DNA of 64,000 nt from Anthoceros angustus (taxonomy: Eukaryota; Plantae; Anthocerotophyta), in the NCBI GenBank assembly GCA_010909165.1, contig VJWM01000197.1, forward strand, positions 124,001 to 188,000. The letters run 5' to 3'. The position numbers and the translations under genes were made by a program. Shown one piece after another: positions 23,084 to 34,408 of this stretch; the first letter of the stretch is position 1; each line of letters begins with the position of its first letter. The notes beneath the pieces are model-generated. The model was not told the DNA's origin and did no database searches. It saw nothing but the letters and a program-made list of their open reading frames with translations.

Positions 23084-23775
23084 GGCGAGGAGCAGTCGGA
23101 GCCCAACGCCTGCAAGGCATGCACAGACTCATAGTGATGGGTGCAACTGCAGAGGGCATGCAGCTGCAGAGGAGCATTTCCCGGCCTGCCCTGCAGCCGC
23201 ACCTACTGTGCCACATGTACGTGCCATTCGCGGTTTGGCACTGAGTTGTGTTCGGTGCAAATTGTATGTAGATGAGAAGAACGCCTGCCGGGTGTTAGGG
23301 GTTAGGTGTGCGACGAGAGTTGCAGCACATGGCGATTGTAAGCCGGCACGGCATGTGCGATGTCGTTTTCAGTAATATGCTTTCTGCCCACAATGTTGTC
23401 GAGGCGGTCGCAGACACCGCAAGTTATCGCCTTTGCTGTTGTGACCAACTCCCGATTGGCTGCATCGCCGCAACATCGCAGCCGACTGCATGCGGTTGCA
23501 ATGTACTAGGGAGACCACCAGTGAGCGTGGCCTTTTACCAAGGCGGATTCGGTCTGAAATAATGCGGTCAGAAGCCCTCCGAAAATTACAAGGCCATCGC
23601 TGCACATTTGTTTCCGTGTACATTGAATGACTGCCTTGATGGCGCCCCACCCAGCCCATGAGGGAGGGGCTGGTGGTGCAGCTCAAGCAACAGCGGTGGG
23701 CGGGATGTCATGGACGCTTGGGGCAGGGGATGCTGTTAACGCGCCAAAGAGCTCGCATGGCATGTTGCTGTTGTT

Positions 23776-24357
23776 GTGGATGCCATTAGGAAGGACACAC
23801 GCCTGCGAGCTGCATGCCTAACAATTGAGATAGGGACGCCTGCAGTGACAATGCTGTGCCAGAAGGAAATGGGTGCTTATGTGTGGGATTTCTCAGTCAC
23901 TGAAAAGGAAGCCCTTTACCCATCGCACCGTCTGTCTCATGCAAACGAAAGCATGTTGGAAGGCACCTTGTGGGTTGCGATTGCGAAAGTGATGGAGGGC
24001 AAAGTCCTGCAGTCGGCGAAGTGGGCATGGAAGGTAGTCGAGAGGACGGTGGGGCCGCAGTGGGATCGTCGGCACCTGTGCTTGTGGACTGGGCCTGAGA
24101 GGGCATTGCACCTCGCAGTGGACATTGAGTGCCGGCCGGTGCCATTATGCATCGTGCACAGGGATGTGGATCGCCACAACTTCTTTGTGGGCCGCCACAC
24201 ACTCCCATTTGTGTACAACAGGACGGAGCATTTCATCTGCTACATGGACTTTTCGACCAACGAAGAGGGAGTGTTCCAAGTACTGGAGGTATGTGACCTC
24301 ATCATCAGGGCATGCCACACCATGGGTGGGCGCAAAGGGCACGCGTTGATTGCTTGA
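23776..24357 (+). CDS. 193-aa transposon cargo ORF, unknown function (weak resemblance to Ulp1-like peptidase)
   Basis: Open frame with globular composition. LPFVYNRTEHFICYMDF and a downstream frameshifted QG-CSFHVL loosely recall the His and Cys motifs of C48 peptidases. Confidence 0.35.
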   Translation: MDAIRKDTRLRAACLTIEIGTPAVTMLCQKEMGAYVWDFSVTEKEALYPSHRLSHANESMLEGTLWVAIAKVMEGKVLQSAKWAWKVVERTVGPQWDRRHLCLWTGPERALHLAVDIECRPVPLCIVHRDVDRHNFFVGRHTLPFVYNRTEHFICYMDFSTNEEGVFQVLEVCDLIIRACHTMGGRKGHALIA

Positions 24358-24899
24358 AGATCACATGCTTTCATGTTTGCGCCCTTGTGACTTCTGGACC
24401 CTGGGTTGAGGTAAAGCGTGATTACATCGTTTCGAGTTTTGCCAAGCGGCGGCCGAAGGCTATTGAGGGGAAGGACCAAGGCGTTGCAGCTTCCATGTGC
24501 TTACATATGAGGAATGAGCATGAGTGGCCATGTTTGTGTTGTGATGCTCTCGGAGGCCCATAGTGGCCTGTATAGTAATATGCAGATGTGTGTTGTGTGC
24601 GAGTTGGTGTGGAATGCTCGCAGCTTGTCTACAGTGCAAGAGTGTTTGCACTGCAGACAAGCTGCAAGCATGGTGACCAAAGGAGACCTCACACGGCCGC
24701 GTGCGCTTGCAGCCACGAATCCGCAACACGCAGAGAGGCGCCGCAACATGGTGGTGTGCGTCAGTACCCGCGATCGTGATAACCACCATGCCGGCGCGTG
24801 CGGCCTTCAATCGAAAGCCGCAGAGGCCTGAGCAGGCAGACGACAACCACGCGAACGCCTTCCACGCTAGTGGTGTGCGAGGTGTGCAAGCCACCTTGG

Positions 24900-26330
24900 C
24901 CATCCACAAGGCAGAAGCGCGCCTGTGGAGGAGGCCGATGGCAGCGGCGGGTGGCTCACCCGAATGGCAGGCGGATGATGGGTGGCTTGGGGGCACGCAC
25001 GGGCTGCACCAGGAGGATTGGACCAACGGGGAGGAAGGGCTGCAGGATGAGCAGTGGATGCACTTAGCAGAGGGGAAGAGGCGGCGCAAGGGGAGATGAG
25101 GCGAGGAAGGGGAGGAGGAGGCCGCGTGGTGGAGGCTTCGAGCGCTCACGCCCGAGCGGTGTCACGGCCGGCGGTGCGGCACTTGCAATCGTGGCGGCCC
25201 AGAAAGAGGCTGCCGTGAACTTCCGCTGAGGAATGATGGCCGGCTCCATGCGGCACCCGGAATGGCGCGGCGTGTATGGGAGGCTATCCGTGGTGAGTGC
25301 TGCTCGCACGCTCATGCCCATCACGCAGGCGTCAACGCAGAATACGCCGTTGCACGCAAGTCGATGGAATCGACATCCCAAGGAGGTGTGACATGGTTGA
25401 TCTGACCGGAGGACATGGCCCGCGCGATCCGCATCCGCAGCGTGCGATACACCAACAGCGCCCATGTTCATGTGGCACATGGATTGTGAGTGGTTCCAGT
25501 TTACGCGGTGTGTCTTGTCGCTAGATTGGAATGGGAGCGATTCTTTGCGATTGTCACAAATGGATGTGGTTGGATTGTGTGCGACTATGACAAGGCGTAC
25601 CAATTCTACTTGAGTCCATGGTGCAATAGATGGGGCCACCACTCGTCCCATGGTTGGTCTTTGGAAGATAACAAGCGGGGGACAACCATTTTCAACGCCT
25701 ATGTGGATGCAATGAGGAGGTTTGGCCATCCCAGTGATTCGCCTGACTATGCAAGCACAACAACAGATTAGGAGGATCGAGGCCAAGGGCACACGGCAGC
25801 AACTTCATCTGTGGCCCCTCCGTGCACAACCAGGTCAGACTGTGGTTGCTTGCGATGCCTTTGTCAACGAGGAGGTATGGTGCAGGGTAGTAATTGCAGC
25901 CTTTCTGTAGAGGATTGAGCATTTTTGGCGGTCATTGGGGGTGAAGTGGGCGTTCCTGTACGAGGGGTACATGATGGATTTGGTGAGGAGTAGCGAATTG
26001 GACATCACCAACCCCTAGCACATCCATTCCCTGCATGTCACCTTCATGCCCACCATGAGGGCGGAGCTGGAGCGTTGGAGGCAGGTGTGGAACAAGCACA
26101 GGGTGCGCAGGATAAGGGCCGCGGACAGGGACATCCCCGGCCATGTTGCTTGCAATAGCGTTCCAGGAAGAGGCTCGGCTCCAAGGGCGGGTGCAGCCAC
26201 CCGCATATGGGACTGCGGATGACGATGGCGAGGAGTTCGATGCCTGTGGTCCTTAGTATGCACAGAACGTGGCCCCCGAGATGCCACCGCTAGGTGTGAT
26301 TGAGCTGTTGTCCGGGGTGAGTCTTGGTGC
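24900..26330 (+). pseudogene. IS3EU-type DDE transposase (IS3/IS481-like integrase core) with introns
   Basis: APMFMWHMD (D 25482), YDK, VHGAIDG (25614-25634), DNKRGTTIFNAYVDAMRRFGHPS..DY (D 25745) and GSNFICGPSVHNQ. Removing the GT-AG intron 25834-25910 joins this to RIEHFWR (E 25917), followed by LDITNP*HIHSLHVTFMPTMRAELERWRQVWNKHRVR. 5' boundary approximate. Confidence 0.85.
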
Positions 26331-26340
26331 AAAGCACACT

Positions 26341-27124
26341 TGTCTTTGTCGCTAGATTGGAATGGGAGCGATTCTTTGCGGTTGTCACAAATGGATGTGG
26401 TTGGATTGTGTGCGACTATGACAAGCTGTACCAATTCTACTTGAGTCCATGGTGCAATAGATGGGGCCACCACTCGTCCCATGGTTGGTCTTTGGAAGAT
26501 AACAAGCGGGGACAACCATTTTCAACGCCTATGTGGATGCAATGAGGAGGTTTGGCCATCCCAGTGATTCGGTGGACTATGCGGTGAGCACAACGATAGG
26601 CGGACTGGGAGCGATGCGAGGCCAAGGGCACACGGCAGCAACTAATCCATGCCCCTCCGTTACTGTGGTCGTTGTGGTTGCTTGCGATGCCTTTGTCGGA
26701 GGAGGTATGGTGCGGGGTAATAGCTGCGGCTGTCTGCGAGGATTGAGCATTTTGGCGGTCATTGGGGAGAAGTGGGCGTTCAGCAAGGGTACATGATGGA
26801 TTTGGTGAGGAGTAGCGAATTGGACATCACCAACCCACAGCACATCCATTCCACACATGTCACCTTCATGCCCACCATGAGGAGCGTTGGAGGCGGTGTG
26901 GAACAAGCACTGGTCGCAGGATAAGGGAGCATGACGAGACATCCCGCCATGTTGCTTGCAATAGCGTTCGAGGCTCGGCTCCAAGGCGGGTCGACCACCC
27001 GCATATGGGGCGGATGGCGATGGCGAGGAGTTCGATGCTGTGGTCCTTAGTGACGTGGCCCAAGATGCCACCGCTAGGTGTGATTGTTGTCTGGTGAGTC
27101 TTGGCTGCCCGCACACTTGTCTTT
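26341..27124 (+). repeat. Tandem second copy of the 3' half of the transposase gene (copy of 25511-26340)
   Basis: TGTCTT(T)GTCGCTAGATTGGAATGGGAGCG restarts at 26341 and both copies end GCACACTTGTCTTT; they differ by many small indels. Confidence 0.9.
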
Positions 27125-27809
27125 AATGTGTGTAGGTTGTACCGCTTCTCATGTAAGGTTCCATCCCTTTAGCACATTTGCTAAACGAATGTGTACGCTT
27201 GTCTGGGTGAACCGCATGTCGCGAGGACAATGCCTATGCAAAGGGCTTGGAGGGCATGGACTTCCTCCCGATATGTACCGCTTTGCACAGCGACATTGTG
27301 CGGGGAGTGCGAGGCGAGGCACGCCGAGTACCTCCAGCGTGGGCCGGCAGGCGGGCGTGGCGTGGGCGGGGATCACTCTGCTGCTCGTAGTCCGATGCAG
27401 TCATGGCCCGATGCCAAGCTGCAGTCTTGCACGCAAGGGCAAACGCACTAAGCCGCATTGCAAATAGAGACGATGATTGTAGCGCAAACGCCATTGCACA
27501 GCGTAAGCGCAGCGCTAACGCAACCGCTGGCAACCCTTACACCTTGTGGATGCCGTGGTCGCAGACATGGTATGTTGCATGCCGCAATGGCGCGGCGACG
27601 CAAATGACCGCAACGCAACCCTAACCCCAAAAGAAGAAAAGTTTCTGTGTGTCGTGGAATCATTTTGTGTATCATGTGGTAGGTTGACCACATTGGGACA
27701 CTGGGGGGCCGCAACCTGGCAGATGTGGTCATGCATGACATGCCGAAATAGTTCCCCAGATGCGGCGGGACTATTTCTTTCTGTCCATAACCCTAAAAAA
27801 ATGTGGATG

Positions 27810-27835
27810 CCGTGTGACCAGATCGGTATTCCATA
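27810..27835 (-). repeat. Right TIR (26 bp)
   Basis: CCGTGTGACCAGATCGGTATTCCATA followed by TSD ACCTAT. Confidence 0.97.
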
Positions 27836-27841
27836 ACCTAT

Positions 27842-28685
27842 AGCGTACCCATCTAATCAAAGAAGTTCAGGAGAAAGAAGTTTTGGTGACTTGTTTTTTT
27901 TTTCTTTGTGTGGAGCTCGTGCGCGACCTGGCTCGATACAAGCCGGAACGTGAGCTGATTCTTGGGAATGCCTGCCGAGTAAGGCTTGGACCCAATAGCG
28001 TTTGGCGAGAGGGTTACGTAAGGCTTGGACCCAAGAGCGCCTGGCGGGAGGGGTAAGGCTTGGGCCCAAGAGCACCTGGCGAGAGGGGTAAGGCTTGGAC
28101 CTAAGAGCGCCTGGCGAGAGGGTAAGGCTTGGACCCAAGAACGCCTAGCAAGAGCAAAGATGGGACTCCGAAGGATAGAGCTCAATGCGTGGCCAACGGC
28201 CATGCGCAACTGTAACCTATGTAGGGAATTTAGCGAGTCGTCAAAAATAGCTATTGTGCTGGACACGACACATCCACTGACTTGTTGTTTTTGTGTGTTG
28301 GGGTGTCTGTGTTGCCCAAGCGACCGGTGAAGGCGAAACCGTAGTGAGTGGCGTTCAAGAAGGGAGCAACGTCAAGAAGGGAGCAACGTCAGTGGCCTAG
28401 ACGTGACGACCAATCAGGCCTGGCCAAGCCGTCAGGAGCCTAGCCCCCCACAGCCGATTAGGCTTGGCCAGGCCGTCATTGGCCTAGCCGCAATGACCAG
28501 TAAGTGGCCTAGCCGCAATGGCCTCAACACGGTGGCCTCAGAGCTTCATCGGCTCCGTTACGGTTAGGTGAAGGTAGACTTGCATCCGGGGGCGCCCGCG
28601 TCACCTCTACACAAAATTAAAAAAAGTCACAAGAAATTTCCCTAAACTTGTGGCTGCGGAGAACGGTATGCCATAGGAACCTAAG
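27842..28685. mobile_element. Older non-autonomous element with long imperfect inverted ends and an internal ~35-bp minisatellite (27979-28152)
   Basis: AAGTTCAGG..TTTTGGTGACTTGTTTTT..TTTGTGTGGAG mirrors CTCTACACAAAA..AAAAGTCACAAGAAATTTCCCTAAACTT. About five copies of GTAAGGCTTGGACCCAAGAGCGCCTGGCGAGAGGG. Confidence 0.45.
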
Positions 28686-29616
28686 GATCACAGTAAAGAG
28701 TTGCTAAACAACTACCTAGGTACATACCTATTTTGAGACCTATGTCATATATATATATATATCTATCTATATATATATAACTAACTTTAGGGTTGATGGG
28801 ACTAAATGCAAGCTAGATATGTATACGATGCAAGTGGACACAAGCTTTTCGTCTCATTACTTAATTTACGATCAATTTTGTAATTAGAAAATTAGTAATA
28901 TAATTAAATTAAAAATTAAATTCAAATAATATAATTGACGGTAACTTGTAACCGATGGTTCTCTTATCTCGAGTACAGTGTTGCCATGCAACTTTCTCCT
29001 GTCGGATTTGTCGGCCTCGCGCGACAAGCATAACCGCCACCGAGGCAGCTGCAGGTGAGCAACGACTGGCCTTCAACTGGCTGAGCCGCCATTCCAAATC
29101 CTCTGGCGTTGCAGGACTTATAACCCGGTTGCCTTCCCACTCCCACAAACGGCATGGTTCTCGATTGACGCGCCAACCAGCCACCGATGCGAGTGCTTGT
29201 CGGACTCAGGGACAGGTTCGCACCCAAGTGATTGGCCGTGCGGCTCCCGATTCAGAAATTGGCATGAAACACGTCTCCTGACAAGCTAGGAGCTTGGAGG
29301 TCCGGTTTTGGAGATTCTTGGCAGGAGTCGGCGTTCCTCTTGGGGAAGGAGAGTGCAGGATCGTGTGGGCGAAGGCAGGTTTTGTGAGTGATTGACTGAG
29401 GTGCGAGCGATTGCGGGACGGTAGCCACATTTGTCAACAATGTGCCTCCTGTCTGCAACTCGACATGATCTGGAGGAGGTCTGGGAGATCTAGAATTACG
29501 AGTGGAGTGTCGGATCGCGGAAGCCCTGGGAGTGCAAACTTGTACAATAGTGTAGGAGAGGACGGTGCTAGAATTAGAAAAAATCTTGTCTGGCAGCCTC
29601 AGCAGCTTAGGACGCT

Positions 29617-31200
29617 ATGACGATTGGTCTATCTAGGCCCACTGAATCAACACCGCTGTTAGGGCATAGCCATGGAGGAACAGCGTCAGTGCTGAGGACT
29701 TGTGGTAACATAGTCATCTCTATTGTGGGCGCTGGTGTGCTGGGCCTGCCATACACGTTCAAGGTTGGAGGATGGGCAGTTGCTGCAGCATGTGTGGTAC
29801 TGGCGGCTTTGGTATCTTATTATTGTATGGTGCTTCTGGTAAGCTTGCTTGCCTTAGGATGTGTGATTTATCTTTGCTACCTGGCAGGGAATATATTGTG
29901 TGCTGCTCGTGTGTGCTGCAGGGCTGTGATCTTGCTGTACAATTGCCATAATTCTTAACTTGTTGATGGTTTTATTGCAGGTGAGGTGCAGGGATCAGCT
30001 GGTTCTGGAAGGTCGCAGAGGGATCTACACATACAGCGATCTCGGTTATGAAACCTGTGGAAGTGTTGGACGGCACATAGTGGACATTTTGGTGGTCGTT
30101 TCTCAGATGGGTTGTTGCGTGTCGTACCTCATATTTATCGGCCAGAATCTTTCGTCTCTGTTCTTTGAGTCTAGTTCTTCCAAGTTTTCAACTTTCGTTC
30201 TCTTTTTGGTGCCGGTGGAGGTGGTTTTGGCAAGTGTGAGATCGTTGGCTAGTCTGGCACCTTTCAGCATCTTTGCTGACATCTGTAACGTGCTGGCCAT
30301 GACAATAGTCATCAAAGACGATTTCCACTTGATCTCAGGGTTTGAAAAGGTAAATGCTGCTAACCTTCCAAATGCCGCGTTTCATGCTGAGGCATCCTCT
30401 AGCAGGTCTTTCCGTTCCTGCAAGTTAGCTCAAAAGCAGTGGACGGTTCGTGGTGTTGCTTTTTTGACAATGACTTTCCATGACCTTTCCAGGTAAAACC
30501 TTTCACCCATTGGCAGGGCATTCCTTTCGCCATGGGTGTAGCAATTTTCTGTTATGAGGGATTTGGGATGACTCTAGCTCTGGAAGCTTCTATGCGGGAG
30601 CCTAAGAGATTTGCAAAGGTATTGGGCTATGCGTTCATTTTCATCACCATGGTGTACGTCTCCTTCGGATTTATCGGTTATCTTGCATTTAGTGAGGAGA
30701 CCAAGGACATAATCACCCTGAATTTGCCTCACCACTGGACTACAGCGGCAGTAAAAGCTGCTCTATGCATTGCGCTTGTCTTCACCTTCCCTGTCATGAT
30801 GTATCCAGTTCATGAGATTTTTGAGAGGAAGCTTCTGCTCAGTGACTGGTTCCAGGTTTATGTGCTGCCATCGCCTCGACTGCAGCAGATTCTCTTAAAA
30901 TTGATGCGCGGAGTCCTTGTTATTTTTGCAGCTCTTGTGGCTGTCTCGGTACCTGGATTTGGAGTATTTGTTTCTTTGGTGGGCAGCACCGTCTGTGCTA
31001 TGCTGGCCTTCGTATTGCCCGCCCTATTTCACGTACAGGTCTTCAAGGACAGCGCGTTCTTGGTGGAAAGGGTGGTTGACTATATTCTCATGGTGTCAGG
31101 TGCCATCTTTGCAATCTATGGCACTTACACAGCCGCAGTTTCGTTGTTTCATCCAGTGTCCAGTTCGCCAGCCAATCTGGTTCTCTCGACACATGTATAG
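29617..31200 (+). CDS. ANT1: Aromatic/neutral amino-acid transporter (AAAP family, ANT1/AVT3-like), 3 exons, 432 aa
   Basis: Exons 29617-29838, 29981-30349 and 30493-31200 with GT-AG introns, frame intact. Motifs TCGNIVISIVGAGVLGLPYTF, GVAIFCYEGFGMTLALEASM, FTFPVMMYPVHEIFE. Confidence 0.9.
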
Positions 31201-32559
31201 TGAAAATCAGAAGTAATTTCATGACAATTTGCCAAGCTTGGGAGCAACTTGCAAGGGATGCCTCCGAGGGAGCCCTTCTTTCATCCTGGTAGGTTTTGAG
31301 TCTTCATGACAACGATGTTCTCTGCCCTCGGCTATTCGTGAAACGCTGCAGGGAAAGAGTCTGTGATATGTACCCACACACTCCAAAACAACTGGAGTTT
31401 TGATTGTAGATAGGAAACATATACGCATGCAGCAGCTGCAAAAATCAGAAGCAGCAGAGACAGGAGGACAAAGTACCTGTTCTACTACTGGGCCTCTTTC
31501 CGAAGTAAAAGCAAGGCTGATGGGTTGCAGAATCACAAGCAGCAGACATGTCTTAGAAGGCAGCACACATACCTATCCATCTCTGCACATGTGAACTCCT
31601 CACCCCCCTGTTCAAATTTGATACGTCCCAGCCTTCTTCACACGAGCACGGGCCGCTGCTGACATTGACAGGGAACAAAACTGTTGGACAAGGGCTCGGC
31701 ATCCGGATGGCAGACAAGGATGATGAGCCAGTTGTGACGACGCTGTCACGCAGCAGCACCGGCAGCAGGCAGATCGGCCGTGCCATGGCCCATGATTCGT
31801 GTGGCGAGTACATATCGAGTCACATGCGATGCCTCTGAATCAAACAAGCATGTGGGACCGACTTGAAGGTGAGGACAGATCAGAATTCAGATTCAGCTGT
31901 GCCCAACTTGTCGTCCATAGAGCTCGGTTGGTACCAGGAAACAGACCGACCAAGACGGGCCAGACACTATCCAGCACTGAACAATAGAGATGGAGCCTGG
32001 AAGCCCGGGCCACAGAAACAGTGCTTCTTCCAGGCTTATCCGCATGACGTTGGCAGACCATCCGGATGACAAAGATGTGCGGGTAACTGACATGCTGACT
32101 GGGAGAGCCTAAGACGTCAGTGGGCGATTCGGATGCTGCAATTTCGAATTCTCGGTGGCCACTCGAGCCTGCGACATCCTAACAGGCTCCCTGGATTCCT
32201 TGCTTGTTTCCTACGGCCACACGACCTAGACGACTCCAACTGCTAACCTTCCTTGCGAAAAAAGTGTGTATGCCTTGGACGGCTCAGCCAAGATGGAGTG
32301 GCGATAAAAGGGTGTGTAAGCCTTGGACGGTTAAGGAGTGGAATATGTCGATATAGTATACGCAAGACCATGTACCTATGAGTGTGTAGCACAAACCCAC
32401 CTTGTATTGAGCTTAGATCGGTACTTAGATGGGGTGCCTAGAGGGGTTGGATACCTTGGTGCAAGATGGGTCGTTTTTTTAGTGAACAAAATTGATGGGA
32501 AAAAGTCCATAAGGTAGAGGAAAAGGAGCAGCTAAGCTTCCTACCACAAGTAACCAATT

Positions 32560-33080
32560 GTGCCTACAATGTGGAATGCAGAATCGGCTAAACTCCCTAC
32601 CGGAAGTAACCAATTGTGCCTACAATGTCGAATGCAGGAGCAACTAAGCTCCCAATTGTGCCTACAATATCGAATGCGGGACGAGTAAATAATGTGTTGC
32701 ATAATGTGTTGTTGCCACTCTGATCGTCGTGGGAAGGGCTCGTTGAAGGGCAAATGAGACCCGCTATCTGAAGAATGCCGTGAAGAAGGAAAAGCTTCTA
32801 TGGAGCTTCCTAAACACGCACATAACAAGGGTAAGTACTTTCATACCGCTGGTTTGTTTTAGAATTTTTGGCCCTTATAGTCCCTTATTGGTAGCCAAAA
32901 GATTTTGGTCGTCACATATGATGTGTGCCCAAATGGCTTAGACGTCGTTATTAAGCATCCTCATATGATGTGTGCCCAAATGGCTTAGACGTCGTTATTA
33001 AGCATCCTGACGGAAATCCGTCCTTAGTGGACTCAAATAAAATTCTTCTTCTTCTTCTCGGTCCTTAGTGGACTCAGATT
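32560..33080. repeat. Cluster of short tandem duplications
   Basis: CCAATTGTGCCTACAAT-containing unit x3 (32560-32680); CATATGATGTGTGCCCAAATGGCTTAGACGTCGTTATTAAGCATCCT x2 (32914-33008); GTCCTTAGTGGACTCA x2 (33020-33076). Confidence 0.8.
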
Positions 33081-34408
33081 AAATTATTATTCTTCTTCTT
33101 CCATACGAAGAAGCTAGATAATAGTCTGTACTGCTCTGCCCCACGGTCGCAAGCAAGCGCAACTTCAGAGGCACGGGCCTGGCAGCAGCAGGATAAATGC
33201 GACCTTATCCGGCACTGGACGCAGCGGGCAGTAGGGCAGTCGGGCCAGCCGGTGTTGCTAAATATCTGGGCAGAATAAAATATCTGGCAGCCAGGCCGAT
33301 ACGGACAAATGTCGGCTGTCCCCACATCCCAGGGAAGGAACAAGTGCCCCAATCCGATTGGCTGCTACAGGATAGATACCTCTTGCCCAAGCATGGTTTG
33401 AATACATCCTGATGGAAGTGCGCAGGCTCGCAGGCTCCCACGCACTGTCTGGTTCGGCCAAAAGTTGTCGTGTGGGCGGCAGCCGAGAGGCTTATCCTCC
33501 CGCGCTAGTTGGGCACTTGGTGACGTACAAGTGTTGGGGGCAGGGACCGCGGGAGAGGGAGCCCAAGCAACCGCCAACATGTCATCGCAGGTCAGAAAAC
33601 GGGAAAGCGTGTGCCAGGAGGTGACCGGGTCGCGACTCGGGGGGCCGTGCTGGCAGTCGAGCTTTCGGAGCGGCAGCTGGGGCGATTGGGGCAGAAAGTG
33701 GAGAAGGTGGAGCGGGCGGGCCACGGCACGTTGGACACCAGTTCGCGCTTGGGCCGCTTGTCAAGCAAGCGAATAGCATGCCCGCTGCACCAGGCTTGCT
33801 ATTTTCACTCCCCCTCTGGAGTCTGGAGGCCTGCAAACGTGTCGGCAGCGCCGCGCGGGGGCCACGGCAGCCGGGATGCCTTCAAACGGCAAACTGTGTG
33901 TGTCGCAGTGCTCGTCAGTGGGTATGCTTTGGGCCCCCTCCAATCCCGCGCTCCCAGACGTGGGACCGCTGAGAGACGGAGTGCGCGGTTTTCCTCGTGG
34001 CTGATGCCCCCTCTGCCACTGCCTTTCCTGCTTGCTGGCTTGCGGTGACATGCGTATAAATTCCGCCACCACCCACATTCCACCCATGGCGGATTCTTCG
34101 CCCGCTGCATCTCTTGCTGCTTCTAGATCTGGGTCTCTCTCAATTTTTGTGGGTTGTTGTTGAATGCGAGTGGGCATCTCCTCCTGGTTTTGGGTCCCTT
34201 CCAATTTTTGTGGGTTCTGGTTCAGTTAGAGTACCACTCGCTCCCGGTTCTGGGTGTCTTCGAATTGTTGTGGGTTCTGGCCGAGCCAGAGTTCGCATTG
34301 CCTCCTGGTTTTTGGGTCTCTTCGAATTTTTGTGGGGTTGGGTTAAGCCAGAGTGCGGAATTGCATGCAGGCAACTCTGTAGCTGATTGATCCGTATCGG
34401 CCTGTTGG

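Larger units (their letters stand above)
15950..27835 (+). mobile_element. IS3EU-like DNA transposon, 11.9 kb, carrying DNA-methyltransferase cargo
   Basis: Perfect 26-bp TIRs TATGGAATACCGATCTGGTCACACGG (15950-15975) and its reverse complement (27810-27835). 6-bp TSD ACCTAT at 15944-15949 and 27836-27841. TAY..RTA termini. IS3/IS481-like DDE transposase inside. Confidence 0.88.

Noticed and set aside
15950-27835. Polinton/Maverick, CACTA, Mutator or Helitron as the identity of the large element
   Set aside because: Termini are TATGG rather than AG-rich, CACTA or TC..CTRR. The TSD is 6 bp rather than 3 or 9. No PolB, capsid, packaging ATPase, TnpD, MuDR or RepHel motifs were seen, and the transposase motifs are IS3/IS481-like.
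15950-27835. Bacterial contaminant contig join explaining the MTase
   Set aside because: Matched TSD, continuous flanks and a GT-AG intron splitting the catalytic motif indicate a eukaryotic genomic insertion.
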